A DNA stretch of 64,000 bases. It comes from an uncultured delta proteobacterium (GTDB lineage: Bacteria > Myxococcota_A > UBA9160 > SMWR01). Location of the stretch: NCBI GenBank assembly GCA_963832165.1, contig CAWHTE010000001.1, forward strand, positions 96,001-160,000, in the 5' to 3' direction. The position numbers and the translations under genes are program-made. Below the pieces are notes generated by a model. The model did not search any database and was not told the DNA's origin. It saw only the letters and a list, made by a program, of their open reading frames with translations. Below are positions 21,230-31,315 of this stretch, piece by piece; the stretch's first letter is position 1, and each line of letters starts with the position of its first letter.

Positions 21230-22716
21230 GGGCGCTTGCTGGGGGCTGGTTCCCATGCGGGCATCGCGGCCGCATTGCGGCCCGCGACGCGTCCGAAGAA
21301 GGTCGCCTCGCCGATCGAGAGCCCGCTCGCATAGCCGCGGCCCTCGAGGCACAGGCCCGCGGTATTGCGGCCCGCCGCGAACAGGCCCGGGATCACCGCG
21401 CCCTCGGGCGTGACCACCTCGGCGCTCGCGCGAATCGCGAGGCCGCCCAGCGTGAACACTCCGTAGAACGAGTTCGCGGTGCTGCAATCGAGCGCCGCGA
21501 ACGGCGGCACCGAGAGCGGGCGCAGGTACTTGGGCGCCTTGTGGAAGAGCGGATCCTCGCCGCGCGCGGCCGCGCGGTTGTAGCTCTCGAGCGTGTGCAC
21601 GAGCTCTCCCTCGGGCATGTCCAGCGCGCGCTCGAGCGCCTCGAATGATTCCTCGACCGCGGCGACCTTGTGCAGCGCCTGGGTGCGCCCGTAGATCTCG
21701 TCGTCGACGACGAGGTACGCGCGGCCGCTGCAGCGGTACACCATCGCGTCGCTCGTGCGCCCGAGATACGCGTCCTCGTTGATGAAGCGCTGACCCTGCG
21801 CGTTCACGAGCACGCCCTTGAGGTGGCTCGCAGGCGGGTAGTAGGCGTTCAGCACGAGGCCCTCGTGCATGTTCGCGGTCGCCGCGCCCGCGCCGGCGCC
21901 GATCCGGATCCCGAGGCCGTCGTCGCCGGGCGAGGCGGCCTTCCAGTTGCACTGGAGCAGCTCGGGCGCGTGCTCCGCGACCATCGCCGGGTTCATGATG
22001 AAGCCGCCCGCGCACAGGATCACGCCGCGGCGCGCCGCGATCGCGAGCTCGGCGCCCGCATGCTTCGCGATCACGCCGACGACGCGCCCGTCCTCGCGCT
22101 GCACGAGGCGCAGCGCCATCGTGTCGTTCAACACCGCGGCGCCGGCACCGTCGCTCGCGCGCAGCAGGCACTCCATCAGGTAGCCGCCCGCCTCGCCCGC
22201 GCGCGCGGGCTTGTGGCCGCGCGGCGCGGGGACCGCGGCCTCCGCGAACGGGTGCACCTCCTCGTTGCCGCTGTAGAAAAGGCATTCGTCGCCGAACGTG
22301 TGGGTGGTCTTCTCCGCGACGTAGCTCTCGCGGAACTCGACGCCGTGCGAGCTGATCCACGCGAAGTGCTCGAGGCTCTGCTCGCAGAACGCGCGCACCT
22401 TCTCCTCGTCGGACTGTGTGCCCGCGGCCATCCGCACGTGCTTGAACATCTCCTCGACGGAGTCCTCGAAGCCGCACGCCTTCTGGATCCGCGTGCCGGC
22501 GCCGAAGTACATCACGCCGGTCGAGAGCGCCGTGGTGCCGCCGCCGCGCCCCATCCGCTCGAGCACGAGCGTGTCCGCGCCCGCGCGCGCCGACTCGATC
22601 GCGGCGCACGCGCCCGCGCTGCCGTGTCCCACGATCACGACGTCGTGCACGCGGTCCCAGCCCGAGAGCGACTCGGCGCGCTGCGCGCGGGTCGGGCTCG
22701 GGTCCCGATCGGACAC
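21163..22716 (-). CDS. FAD-binding dehydrogenase, 3-ketosteroid dehydrogenase / fumarate reductase flavoprotein family
   Basis: DVVIVGHGSAG, GGTTALSTG, LCAGGF, GQRFINED, FTLGGL, GLFAAGR. Confidence 0.85.
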   Translation of the reverse strand: MSDRDPSPTRAQRAESLSGWDRVHDVVIVGHGSAGACAAIESARAGADTLVLERMGRGGGTTALSTGVMYFGAGTRIQKACGFEDSVEEMFKHVRMAAGTQSDEEKVRAFCEQSLEHFAWISSHGVEFRESYVAEKTTHTFGDECLFYSGNEEVHPFAEAAVPAPRGHKPARAGEAGGYLMECLLRASDGAGAAVLNDTMALRLVQREDGRVVGVIAKHAGAELAIAARRGVILCAGGFIMNPAMVAEHAPELLQCNWKAASPGDDGLGIRIGAGAGAATANMHEGLVLNAYYPPASHLKGVLVNAQGQRFINEDAYLGRTSDAMVYRCSGRAYLVVDDEIYGRTQALHKVAAVEESFEALERALDMPEGELVHTLESYNRAAARGEDPLFHKAPKYLRPLSVPPFAALDCSTANSFYGVFTLGGLAIRASAEVVTPEGAVIPGLFAAGRNTAGLCLEGRGYASGLSIGEATFFGRVAGRNAAAMPAWEPAPSKRPQVSRSESQASEGHRKGARSEP

Positions 22717-22719
22717 GGC

Positions 22720-23586
22720 CTAGACCCGCCGAGCGAGCTCGGCCAGCTCGTCGACGAAGCGCAGCATGCCGTCGATCGCGGACGGTCCGGCGAAGCCCGC
22801 GGGCGAGAGCGCCACGAGCCGGTGCACGCCGAGCTCCGCATACTGCTTCACGAGGTCGGGCGTGATCGGCGGCGGCGGCGTCACGCTGATCTCGAGCGGC
22901 CCGAGGTTCGCGGGACGCAGACCGGCGCGCTCCGCCTCGCGGATCCAGTCGAGCGAGCGCGCGGTGAGCTCGGGGTTGGTGAAGAAGCCGTACCAGCCGT
23001 TGCCGCGCGCGGCTGCGCGCCGCGCGGCGGGCCGGCTCATCCCGCCGATCACGATCGGCGGGTGCGGCTTCTGCACCGGACGCGGGTGCGCATCGATACC
23101 CGAGAAGCGGAAATAACGGCCCGAGAACGTCGGCTTCTCCTGGGTCCAGAGCGCGCGCAGCGCGTCGATCGCCTCGTCGGTGATCGCGCCGCGCTCCTCG
23201 TAGTTCGCGCCGAGCGCGCGGAACTCGGGCTCCAGGTAGCCCGCGCCGAGGCCGAAGATCAGCCGTCCACCCGACACGGCGTCGACGCTCGCGAGCTCCT
23301 TCGCGAGCTCCACGGGGTTGCGCTGCGGCAGGATGATGATGCCCGTGGCGAGCTTGACTCGCTGCGTGTGCGCCGCGAGGTGTGCGAGCGCGACCGACGG
23401 ATCCAGGAACGGCGTGCGCGGCGCTGCGGGCGACGGCGGCGCCTGCGGGTCGGGCAGCACGACGTGCTCGCCGGTCCAGAGCGATTCGAGCTCGGATTCC
23501 TCCGCGTGGCGCGCGACGTGCACCATCGCGGCTACGTCCGCGCACAGGCCGAAGTTGATCCCGAACAGTCCGATCTTCATGTCCAT
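22720..23586 (-). CDS. LLM-class, probably F420-dependent oxidoreductase
   Basis: LWTGEHVVLP, LATGIIILPQRNP, SGGRLIFGLGAGY, PRPVQKPHPPIVIGG. Confidence 0.85.
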   Translation of the reverse strand: MDMKIGLFGINFGLCADVAAMVHVARHAEESELESLWTGEHVVLPDPQAPPSPAAPRTPFLDPSVALAHLAAHTQRVKLATGIIILPQRNPVELAKELASVDAVSGGRLIFGLGAGYLEPEFRALGANYEERGAITDEAIDALRALWTQEKPTFSGRYFRFSGIDAHPRPVQKPHPPIVIGGMSRPAARRAAARGNGWYGFFTNPELTARSLDWIREAERAGLRPANLGPLEISVTPPPPITPDLVKQYAELGVHRLVALSPAGFAGPSAIDGMLRFVDELAELARRV

Positions 23587-25274
23587 TACGCTCCGCGCAG
23601 TACCTCACCCGGCAGTGCGCCGGTGGGTTTGCCGTGCTCCATCGCGGGCACGCCGTTCACGATCACCATCTCGTAGCCCTGGGCATCGACGAAGTAGCGC
23701 TCGGTGCCGGCCGGGAAGTCGCGCACCACGGTGTGCTCGCTCGCAGAGAGATTCGCGCGATCGAAGAGCACGAGGTCGGCCTTCGCGCCGGTGCGGATCA
23801 CGCCGCGGTCGACGAGCCCGTGCACCGCGGCCGGCATGCCCGCGAGCCGCCACACCGCGTGCTCGAGCGAGATCGGATCGGGCACCCAGTCGGTGAGCAG
23901 AAGCGTCGTGTAGTCGGCTCCCGTGAAGCTCGCGAGGTGGGCGCCGCCGTCGCTCGAGCCCGCCATCACGAGCGGATCGAGCACCGACTCGCGCACGACG
24001 TTGGCGATGAACGCCTGCGCAGCGGGATTCGGCCGCGTGCGCCAGCCCGTCTGGAGATCCTCGGCGATCGACACGTCGAGGAACGCGTCGAGCGGGTCGC
24101 CGCCGCGCTCGGCCGCGAGCTCGACGGCCGAGCGGCCGATCCACGCGCGGTTCTTCTCGTCGCGTACGTATTCGACCTCGAGCACCTCGATCGGGAACGG
24201 CGCCGCGCGCTGGACGCTCTTGAGCTCGTGGCGCATCCGGTCGCGCAGCGCCGGATCGGCGAGCTTGCGGCAGCGCTCCGCGACGCTGCCCCCCTGGAGT
24301 GCGGAGAGCCACGCGGGCATCTCGTCGAACACGAACGTGTCGGCGAGCCGCAGGTGCAGTCCGAGCCGCTGCGAGGTGAACTGCGGGTGGATCCGCACGC
24401 CGCGAGCGCGCGCCTCGTGCATGAACTCGAGCGTGCGCTGCCAGGCCATCGGGGCGTCGGGCGTGGGGCCGAGCGGCCCGATCTCGACCGGCTTGCCCGA
24501 CGCGGCGGCGATCGCGTAGAGCAGCGCGCGGTCGGCGTCGTCGTGTCCGACCGAGTGACTGCGCGGGATGATCTCGATCGCGCCGTACGGGAACTCCGCG
24601 AGCACCGAGCACAGCTCGGTGATCTCCTCGGGCGTCGCGAAGTTCGACGGCACGCCGCGTCCGTCGGCGCCGACGTGGATGTCGAGCTGCGAGGTGGAGA
24701 ATCCGACCGCGCCCTCGCGCATCGCCGCGCGCACGAGCTCCTTCATCGCAAGCGTCTCGGCGGGCGTGGCGGCCCGCTCGGACGCCGCGTCGCCCATCAC
24801 GTAGCGGCGCACCGCGGAGTGTCCGACGTAGCCTCCGACGTTCAGCGCGAGCTTGCCCTCGAGCCGGCGCCAGTAGTCGGCGAACCCGCCGCCCTTCCAG
24901 CGGAAGCCCTCGCGCATCGCGTCGCGCGACATTCCCTCGACGCGCGTGAGCATGCCCGTGAGCCAGTCGACGTCCTCGGGCCTGGCGGGGTAGAGCGTGA
25001 ACCCGCAGTTGCCCGTGAGCACGGTGGTGACGCCGTGCTGCATCGCGGGCGAGGCGACCGGATCCCAGTCGAGCTGGACGTCGTAGTGCGTGTGCACGTC
25101 GATGAAGCCCGGTGCAACCACGAGCCCGTCCGCGTCGACCACGCGCAGCGCGTCGCCCGCGACGCGGCCGATCGCGGCGATCCGCCCGTCCCGTACTGCG
25201 ATGTCGGCGGTGTAGCCCGGGAGCCCAGTGCCATCGACGACGTTGCCGCCGCGGAGCAAGAGGTCGTAGGTCAT
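23586..25274 (-). CDS. N-acyl-D-amino-acid deacylase-like amidohydrolase
   Basis: VVDGTG, APGFIDVHTHYD, GNCGF, SDGGAH, GAKADLVLFD. Confidence 0.9.
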   Translation of the reverse strand: MTYDLLLRGGNVVDGTGLPGYTADIAVRDGRIAAIGRVAGDALRVVDADGLVVAPGFIDVHTHYDVQLDWDPVASPAMQHGVTTVLTGNCGFTLYPARPEDVDWLTGMLTRVEGMSRDAMREGFRWKGGGFADYWRRLEGKLALNVGGYVGHSAVRRYVMGDAASERAATPAETLAMKELVRAAMREGAVGFSTSQLDIHVGADGRGVPSNFATPEEITELCSVLAEFPYGAIEIIPRSHSVGHDDADRALLYAIAAASGKPVEIGPLGPTPDAPMAWQRTLEFMHEARARGVRIHPQFTSQRLGLHLRLADTFVFDEMPAWLSALQGGSVAERCRKLADPALRDRMRHELKSVQRAAPFPIEVLEVEYVRDEKNRAWIGRSAVELAAERGGDPLDAFLDVSIAEDLQTGWRTRPNPAAQAFIANVVRESVLDPLVMAGSSDGGAHLASFTGADYTTLLLTDWVPDPISLEHAVWRLAGMPAAVHGLVDRGVIRTGAKADLVLFDRANLSASEHTVVRDFPAGTERYFVDAQGYEMVIVNGVPAMEHGKPTGALPGEVLRGA

Positions 25275-25312
25275 TGGAGTTCCACCTCTTCGATGGGCGC
25301 TTGCGGACTTAC

Positions 25313-25342
25313 ATAGTACACGAAATGTTTTTGAGCGGTCAA
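25313..25342 (-). promoter_or_regulatory. Candidate sigma70-type promoter of the amidohydrolase operon
   Basis: TTGACC-N18-TACTAT on the minus strand in an AT-rich gap about 40 nt upstream of ATG 25274. Confidence 0.5.
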
Positions 25343-25345
25343 CGA

Positions 25346-25849
25346 CTAGAGCACGATGGGCCGGTCCGGCTGCTCGCCGCGGCCCGGGCCGCGTGCGGGG
25401 AAGTGGCGCGCGAGCAGGTCGCTCGCCGCGCGGATCCCCGCGAGCGCGCCAGCCTCGTAGCGGCCCGCGCGCAGCTCGGTCTCCATCGCGCGGCAGATCG
25501 CCTCCCAGTCGGCAGGGCTCACCACCGCGGCGAGGCCGCGGTCGGCGACGATCTCGACGTCGCGGTCCGCGAGCAGGAGATAGATCAACACGCCCGTGTT
25601 GTGCTCGGTGTCCCAGACGCGCTGCTCGCTGAATACCTCGATCGCGCGCGCGCGCGGCGTGATACCGCGCAGGATCGCGCGCGGATCGAGCGCGCCTTCC
25701 ACGGCGAACCGGATCTCGGGCTCGTGTCGCCGCTCGCCTTCCGCGATCGCGGCTTCGATCGCGCGCATCGCCGCGTCGGGGAAGCGCCGGTGCACGAGCG
25801 ACGAGCTCGTGGCGAGATGACGCAGGAGTCGTGCCAGATCGATCACCAT
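25346..25849 (-). CDS. TPM domain protein
   Basis: EIRFAVE, VWDTEHNTGVLIYLLLADRDVEIVADRG. Confidence 0.85.
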   Translation of the reverse strand: MVIDLARLLRHLATSSSLVHRRFPDAAMRAIEAAIAEGERRHEPEIRFAVEGALDPRAILRGITPRARAIEVFSEQRVWDTEHNTGVLIYLLLADRDVEIVADRGLAAVVSPADWEAICRAMETELRAGRYEAGALAGIRAASDLLARHFPARGPGRGEQPDRPIVL

Positions 25850-26706
25850 CGCCCCGATGCGCCGCCGCCGCCGAAGCCCCCGCCGCCTCCCGAGAATCCG
25901 CCACCACCGCCGAATCCGCCTCCACCGAATCCGCCGCCCGACCACCCTCCACTCGCCCAACCTCCTCCCTGTCCGCGCACTCCGGGGCGGCTGAACAGGA
26001 TGAAGAGGAAGGTGAATACCGCGAGCGCAGTCGCTGCCGTGGCGGTTCCGATGATCCACCACGCGAGCGCACCCGCGAGCCCGCCCGCGGCCGTCGCGCC
26101 GACCAGGCGATTGAGCGCGAGACGCAACAAACCGCCGACGGCGAGCGGCACCAGCAGCAGGAGCCAGATCGCGTTCTGCGACGGAATCCGACCCACTTCT
26201 CGCACGCGAGTCGGCGGTGGCAGCGGCAGCGGCTCACCCTCGATCACGCCGATGATGCGCTCGACTCCTTCGGAGATGCCGCGGTAGAAGTCGCCCGCGC
26301 GGAAGGCGGGCACGATCACGTCGTCGATGATCCGCTTCGATACCGCATCGGGCAGCGTGCCCTCGAGCCCGTAGCCTATCTCTAGCCGTAGCTTGCGGTC
26401 GTCCTTCGCGACGATCAGGATCACGCCGTCGTCGATGCTTCCGCCGCGGCCGATCTTCCACGCGTCGGCGACGCGGATACCGTACTGCTCGATCGTCTCG
26501 GGCTGCGTGGTCGGCACGATCAGCACGACCACCTGGCTGCCCTTCGCGCGCTCGAACGCCTCGAGGCGCGCCTCGAGCGCAGCGTGCTCGCCCGCGTCGA
26601 GCGTGCCGGTGAGGTCGGTGACGCGCGCCGAGAGCGCGGGTACGGGGACTTCGGCGGCTGCGACTCCGGCCCACAGCAACGCGAGAGCCAGCGCGCGTGC
26701 GAGCAC
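25843..26706 (-). CDS. TPM domain membrane protein (YgcG family)
   Basis: Signal peptide, VTDLTGTL, WKIGR, RLEIGYGLEG, Gly-rich GGGGASGRW tail. Confidence 0.9.
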   Translation of the reverse strand: MLARALALALLWAGVAAAEVPVPALSARVTDLTGTLDAGEHAALEARLEAFERAKGSQVVVLIVPTTQPETIEQYGIRVADAWKIGRGGSIDDGVILIVAKDDRKLRLEIGYGLEGTLPDAVSKRIIDDVIVPAFRAGDFYRGISEGVERIIGVIEGEPLPLPPPTRVREVGRIPSQNAIWLLLLVPLAVGGLLRLALNRLVGATAAGGLAGALAWWIIGTATAATALAVFTFLFILFSRPGVRGQGGGWASGGWSGGGFGGGGFGGGGGFSGGGGGFGGGGASGRW

Positions 26707-26712
26707 GAGCGA

Positions 26713-27342
26713 CTACTGCGGCGGCGCGGGCGCGGGGGCAGGCGCAGGTGCTTCGTTGCCGAAATCCACCGTGGGCGGCTTCGCGATCGCCTTCTCGTCT
26801 TCGACCGTGAAGCTCGGCTTGGTCTGGAAGCCGAACATCATCGCCGTGAGATTGCTCGGGAACGAGCGCACCATGACGTTGAACTCGCGCACGGCCTCGA
26901 TGTAGCGGTTGCGCGCCACGGTGATGCGGTTCTCGGTGCCCTCGAGCTGGGCCTGGAGGTCGCGGAAGCCCTGATCGGCCTTCAGCTGCGGGTAGTTCTC
27001 CGCCACCACGAGCAGGCGCGACAGCGCCGAGGTCATCTCGTTCTGCGCGGCCTGGAACTTCGCGAACGCCTCCGGATCGTCGATCATCTGCGGAGTCACC
27101 TGCATGCTTCCCACGCGCGCGCGCGCTTCGGTCACTTGCGTGAGCACGTCCTTCTCGTGTGCGGCATAACCCTTCACGGTGTTCACGAGGTTGGGCACGA
27201 GGTCGTTGCGGCGCTGGTACTGGTTCAGCACCTCGGCCCACGTGGCCTTCACGCCCTCATCGAGCGTCTGCAGGCGGTTGTAGCCGCAGCCGCCGAGCAG
27301 CACCGTGATCGAGATCAGGATCGCGAGCGAGATCCGTTGCAT
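26713..27342 (-). CDS. lemA: LemA family protein
   Basis: GCGYN, QYQRRNDLVPNLV, ENYPQLKA, LEGTENRI; adjacent to two TPM genes. Confidence 0.9.
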   Translation of the reverse strand: MQRISLAILISITVLLGGCGYNRLQTLDEGVKATWAEVLNQYQRRNDLVPNLVNTVKGYAAHEKDVLTQVTEARARVGSMQVTPQMIDDPEAFAKFQAAQNEMTSALSRLLVVAENYPQLKADQGFRDLQAQLEGTENRITVARNRYIEAVREFNVMVRSFPSNLTAMMFGFQTKPSFTVEDEKAIAKPPTVDFGNEAPAPAPAPAPPQ

Positions 27343-27353
27343 CGGGTCCTCCG

Positions 27354-28137
27354 TCACATTCCGTAGATCATGCGGCCACCGTCGACCGTGATCAGGTCGC
27401 CCGTGTGATAGCGCGCGGCGTCGCTGATCAGGTAGACCACGATCCCCGCGATCTCGTCGGGCTCGGCCATCCGGCCGAGCGGGATCCGCGTGATCGCCGC
27501 CTGGCCGAGCGGGTGCGCGTCGTCGAACGGCACCATCTCGGTCTTCGTGAGCCCCGCGCACACCATGTTCGCGCGGATCTGGTGCGGACCGAGCTCGAGC
27601 GCAAAGGTGCGGATCAGACCCGCCACCGCGCTCTTCGCGGCCGCGTAGTGGCCGATCCCGGGCACGCCGGCGAAGTTGGTCAGGCTGCCCGTCGCGACGA
27701 GCGAGCCCGCCGCGATCGCCGGCCTTCACCCGCGCCACCATGTGCCGCGCGCCCTCGCGCAGCGTGATGAACGCGCCGTGCTGCGCCACGCGCAGGAGCG
27801 CGTCGTACTTCTCGAGCGTCATGTCGACGAGGGGCGAGATCGTGGCGGAGCCCGCGTTCGCGATCACGCCGTCGAGCCGCCCCATCGCCTCGAGCGCGCG
27901 CGCGAAGCCGCGCTGCTGCGCGGCCTCGTCGGAGACGTCGACCGCGTCGGTCAGCACGCGCACGCCGTGCTTGCGCAGCCGCTCCGCAGCTTCGGCGTTG
28001 CGGTCCTCGCGCCGGCCCCAGATCACCACGTCGCCGCCCGCGAGTGCAATCGCTTCGGCGAAGCCGAAGCCCAGACCCGAGTTCGCTCCGGTGATCAGCG
28101 TGACCTTGCCGGAGAGGTCGAAGGGGTGGGAGGGCAT
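27354..28137 (-). CDS. SDR oxidoreductase; frameshift near 27707
   Basis: TGANSGLG and NAG in one frame, YAAAK and VDGG in the next. Confidence 0.85.
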
Positions 28138-28189
28138 CGCCGCGCCACCGTAGCTCAAGCCCGGTTCGCCGCGAGTCGATCCATCGGCC

Positions 28190-28774
28190 ATGGAATCGAG
28201 ACGCAAGAACGAGTGTCCGCGCTGTGGTTTCGTCTACACCGCGTTCAACAGGCCCCGGCCCGCGAACAGCACCTTCGGAGAGCGGTTCGCCCGAAGCCTG
28301 CGCGATCAGGGGCGACACGGGCTCGGAGCGTTCGGGAGAGTTCGTTATGTCGCGGCCGAACACACGCGGCCGTTCCAGTGCCGCTGCGGCACGTGGTTGC
28401 AAGCGGCTCCGTGATCGTTCGGATGGGTGGACGTTGCGGGGATCGCCGTGCTTGCGGTGCTGCATGGGTACCTGGCGGAACAGTTCCCGTGGCTGCACAA
28501 CGCCTATGCGTTCGCGGTCCCGATCGGCCTCTGGATCGGCTACCGCCTCACGCGGCAAGTCGCAGTCGCGGAAGTTGCCACTCCGGCGCTCAGTTCACCC
28601 GCAGCCGGCTCGCGGTCCGGCGCGCCGACCAGTGGCTCTCGCGGTTGGCGAAGTAGGGCGGCCGGCTCGCGAGCACCGACGTCTCCAGCCACAGCCTCTT
28701 CAGGTGCCGCACCCGGCCTGACGACCGGTCGTCTTCGTAGGCCGTGCGCCCGTGCATCACGTGGTAGTTGTTGA
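28190..28774 (+). pseudogene. Possible zinc-ribbon membrane protein interrupted by an in-frame TGA (28412-28414)
   Basis: CPRC...CRCG, stop, then in the same frame SFGWVDVAGIAVLAVL... with two hydrophobic segments; 3' end overlaps the convergent dioxygenase gene. Confidence 0.35.
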
Positions 28775-29612
28775 TGAACTGGATGTCGCCGGGGAGCAGG
28801 TCCATCAAGACGTGGTTCACCGGGTCGTCGGCCATGCGGACGACCTCGACGAGCGCCTCTCGTTGGAGCTCGGAGAGCCGGGGAGCGTCCGGATGTCGCT
28901 GCGACGCAACGATGTAGGGCGGGATGCAGCGCACGAACAGGCGCTCGTCCCATTCCGTGAAGACCGGCAGCGAGTAGTAGGGTGAGCCGCCGGGCGGCTG
29001 CTCCCCGCGGTAGTCGTACGGGAACTCCGTGTACAGCGCGGCCGCGAGGTCTGGCCGCGAACGCACGAGCTGGTTGTGGATCGTCACCGAGTTGGCGACC
29101 GCCGAGAGTCCGCCCGCCCGGCCGTTCTCGAGGCACATGAGCCCGACGAGATCCGACCCATCGCAGTGGAACGGCAGCGCCGCCCCGCCGATCTCGTTGC
29201 CCCGCGCGGTCGGATCGTTCAGGGCCTTCTGCTGATCGGTGACGTCGCCGAGCACGTGACCGTGCTTGTTCTGCGCCCAGGGCGAACCGAGGTGCATGCC
29301 GATGCCCCAGTAGATGAGCTCCATCTCGGTTTGTGTGTAGGCCTCGCGATCGACGCCGCGCAGTCGGACGAAGCCGCGCCCGTCGATCAGCTCGCGCTCG
29401 ATGCGCGCCAACCGGGCCGCGAGCTTCGGAAGCGGGAAGTCGTCGCGTCCGAGCACCAACACGTCCTCGGACTTCTCCATCGCGTGACGCAGTGCGCTGT
29501 CGAGCTCCGCCAGCTCGGCGTCGTCGAAGCGTTCGGTCCAGACGTCCTCGTCGGCGACGTCTCCGGCCGTCCACTCGCACCGGGGCTCGAGAATCCGGAG
29601 TTCGCGCATCAT
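28590..29612 (-). CDS. TauD/TfdA family Fe(II)/2-oxoglutarate dioxygenase
   Basis: GRGFVRLRG, FHCD (HxD), NNYHVMHGR, RHLKRLWL; AGGAG RBS. Confidence 0.9.
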   Translation of the reverse strand: MMRELRILEPRCEWTAGDVADEDVWTERFDDAELAELDSALRHAMEKSEDVLVLGRDDFPLPKLAARLARIERELIDGRGFVRLRGVDREAYTQTEMELIYWGIGMHLGSPWAQNKHGHVLGDVTDQQKALNDPTARGNEIGGAALPFHCDGSDLVGLMCLENGRAGGLSAVANSVTIHNQLVRSRPDLAAALYTEFPYDYRGEQPPGGSPYYSLPVFTEWDERLFVRCIPPYIVASQRHPDAPRLSELQREALVEVVRMADDPVNHVLMDLLPGDIQFINNYHVMHGRTAYEDDRSSGRVRHLKRLWLETSVLASRPPYFANRESHWSARRTASRLRVN

Positions 29613-29675
29613 GTGTCTCCTGGGGCGGTCGGCGGCGGTACCACGGGAGTTCACGGTACTGTAGGACCGAGCCGC

Positions 29676-30908
29676 ATGGCGAAGCCTCCCTACCGCGTCC
29701 GTCCCGAGACCGCGATCCTCACGCGGGGCTTCGACCCGTCGCTCTCGGTCGGCGCAGCGCGCCCTCCGGTCTACCGCACGTCGACGTTCGTGTTCTCGAG
29801 CCCCGAGGCCGCCGAGCGCGCGTTCGCGATCGCGCTCGGCAAGCTCTCGCCGACCGAGAACGAGGACGTCGATCTGATCTACGCGCGCCTCTCCCACCCG
29901 AACGCCGAGATCCTCGAAGATCAGCTCGTGCCGCTCGAGCGCGCCGCGAAATGCTCCGCGGTATTCAACTCGGGGATGGCGGCAATCGCCACGTGCTGCT
30001 TCGCGTTCGTGCCGCGCGGGGCTGCGATCCTTCACACACAGCCGCTCTACGGCGGTACGCAGCACCTGATCCACCAGGTGCTCGAGCCGCTCGGCTTCAC
30101 GGTGGTCGGCGTGCCGGCCGGCGATCGCGAGGCGCTCGCTCGCGCGGCCGCGAGGCTGCCCGAGCTCAAGCTCGTCTTCGTCGAGACGCCGGCCAATCCG
30201 ACGCTGTGCATGACCGACATCGCGCACGCGGTCGACGTCGCGCGCGCGCACCCGGCGAAGCCGCTCGTGGCCGTCGACAACACCTTCCTCGGGCCGACGT
30301 TCCAACACCCGCTCGACATCGGCGCCGATCTCGCGATCTACTCGGCGACCAAGTTCCTCGGCGGGCAGAGCGACATTCTCGGCGGCGTCGTGCTCGCGAA
30401 CGACGAGACGCTCGTGCAGGTGCTCCGCGGTGTCCGCGCGCTGTTCGGCAACATCCTCCAGGCGGACGAGGCCTGGATCCTCGATTCGCGTCTCGCGACC
30501 GTCACGCTGCGGATGAACCGCCAGAGCAAGAATGCCCAGCGGATCGCGGAGCGACTCGCCGCGCACCCGCGCGTGCGGCGCGTGTACTATCCCTCGCTGT
30601 TCGACGATCCCGAGCAGCAGCGGATCCGCGACGCGCAGTGCGATTTTCCGGGCTCGGTGTTCTCGATCGAGGTCGAGGGCGGCAAGCGCGGTGCGTTCGA
30701 GTTCCTGCGCCGGCTCAAGATCGCGCGCAACGCCGTGAGCCTGGGCGGCATCGAGTCGCTCGCGTGTCACCCGAAGACGACGACGCACAGCGAGCTCTCC
30801 GACGAGGAGCTCGCGACGTCCGGCATCACGGACGGGCTCGTGCGCATCTCGATCGGCACCGAGCACTGGAAGGATCTGATCGAGGATTTCGAGAGGTCGC
30901 TCTCGTAG
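29676..30908 (+). CDS. Cystathionine gamma-synthase / methionine gamma-lyase family PLP enzyme
   Basis: YARLSHPN, FNSGMAAI, ETPANPT, VDNTF, SATKFLGG, VSLGGIESL. Confidence 0.9.
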   Translation: MAKPPYRVRPETAILTRGFDPSLSVGAARPPVYRTSTFVFSSPEAAERAFAIALGKLSPTENEDVDLIYARLSHPNAEILEDQLVPLERAAKCSAVFNSGMAAIATCCFAFVPRGAAILHTQPLYGGTQHLIHQVLEPLGFTVVGVPAGDREALARAAARLPELKLVFVETPANPTLCMTDIAHAVDVARAHPAKPLVAVDNTFLGPTFQHPLDIGADLAIYSATKFLGGQSDILGGVVLANDETLVQVLRGVRALFGNILQADEAWILDSRLATVTLRMNRQSKNAQRIAERLAAHPRVRRVYYPSLFDDPEQQRIRDAQCDFPGSVFSIEVEGGKRGAFEFLRRLKIARNAVSLGGIESLACHPKTTTHSELSDEELATSGITDGLVRISIGTEHWKDLIEDFERSLS

Positions 30909-30920
30909 CGCGCAGGCGCC

Positions 30921-31298
30921 TCAGCCGCGCTGGATCACGAGCACCTCGAAGCGCCCGCTCGGGCCGATCGTCCACGACACCGCGGCGCTCACGAGGCTCA
31001 CGACCAGCGAGCCCAGGAGCGCCGCGCCGAAGCCCGAGAGCATGAAGCCGTCGAGCAGCGCGGCCACGAGCGCGAGCATCGCCGCGTTGACCACGAGGAT
31101 GAACAGACCGAGCGAAAGGATCGTGAACGGCAGCGTGAGCAGCAGGGCGAGCGGTCGTACCACCGCGTTCACGAGGCCGAGCAGCAGCGCGGCCACCACG
31201 ATCGTCACGGTCCCCGTGATCGCCATGCCCGGCACGATCACGCTCGCGACCCAGAGCGCGAACGCACTGATCGCCATGCGCAACAGAAAACCGGGCAT
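30921..31298 (-). CDS. 4-TM holin-like membrane protein (YvlD type)
   Basis: LGLVNAVVRP, LTLPFTILSLGLF, VVNA. Confidence 0.85.
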   Translation of the reverse strand: MPGFLLRMAISAFALWVASVIVPGMAITGTVTIVVAALLLGLVNAVVRPLALLLTLPFTILSLGLFILVVNAAMLALVAALLDGFMLSGFGAALLGSLVVSLVSAAVSWTIGPSGRFEVLVIQRG

Positions 31299-31315
31299 GA
31301 CGTGAGCCTAGTGGT

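Noticed and set aside
19169..23608. Very long Arg/Ala-rich alternative or antisense ORFs (also 41199..44915, 36537..39404 and others)
   Set aside because: Expected from stop-codon scarcity in high-GC DNA; they overlap well-supported genes. Only the last ~315 codons of the 19169 ORF are real (OYE C-terminus).
25850..25970. ccgccgccg tandem-like repeats
   Set aside because: They encode the Gly-rich tail typical of YgcG/TPM proteins; not a CRISPR array or satellite.
26713..28206. Apparent SDR::LemA fusion
   Set aside because: The SDR C-terminus (YAAAK, VDGG) is in another frame ending at 27354; lemA has its own RBS and ATG.
30921..31298. Prophage suggested by the holin-family gene
   Set aside because: This 4-TM family is common in chromosomes and no phage genes are nearby.
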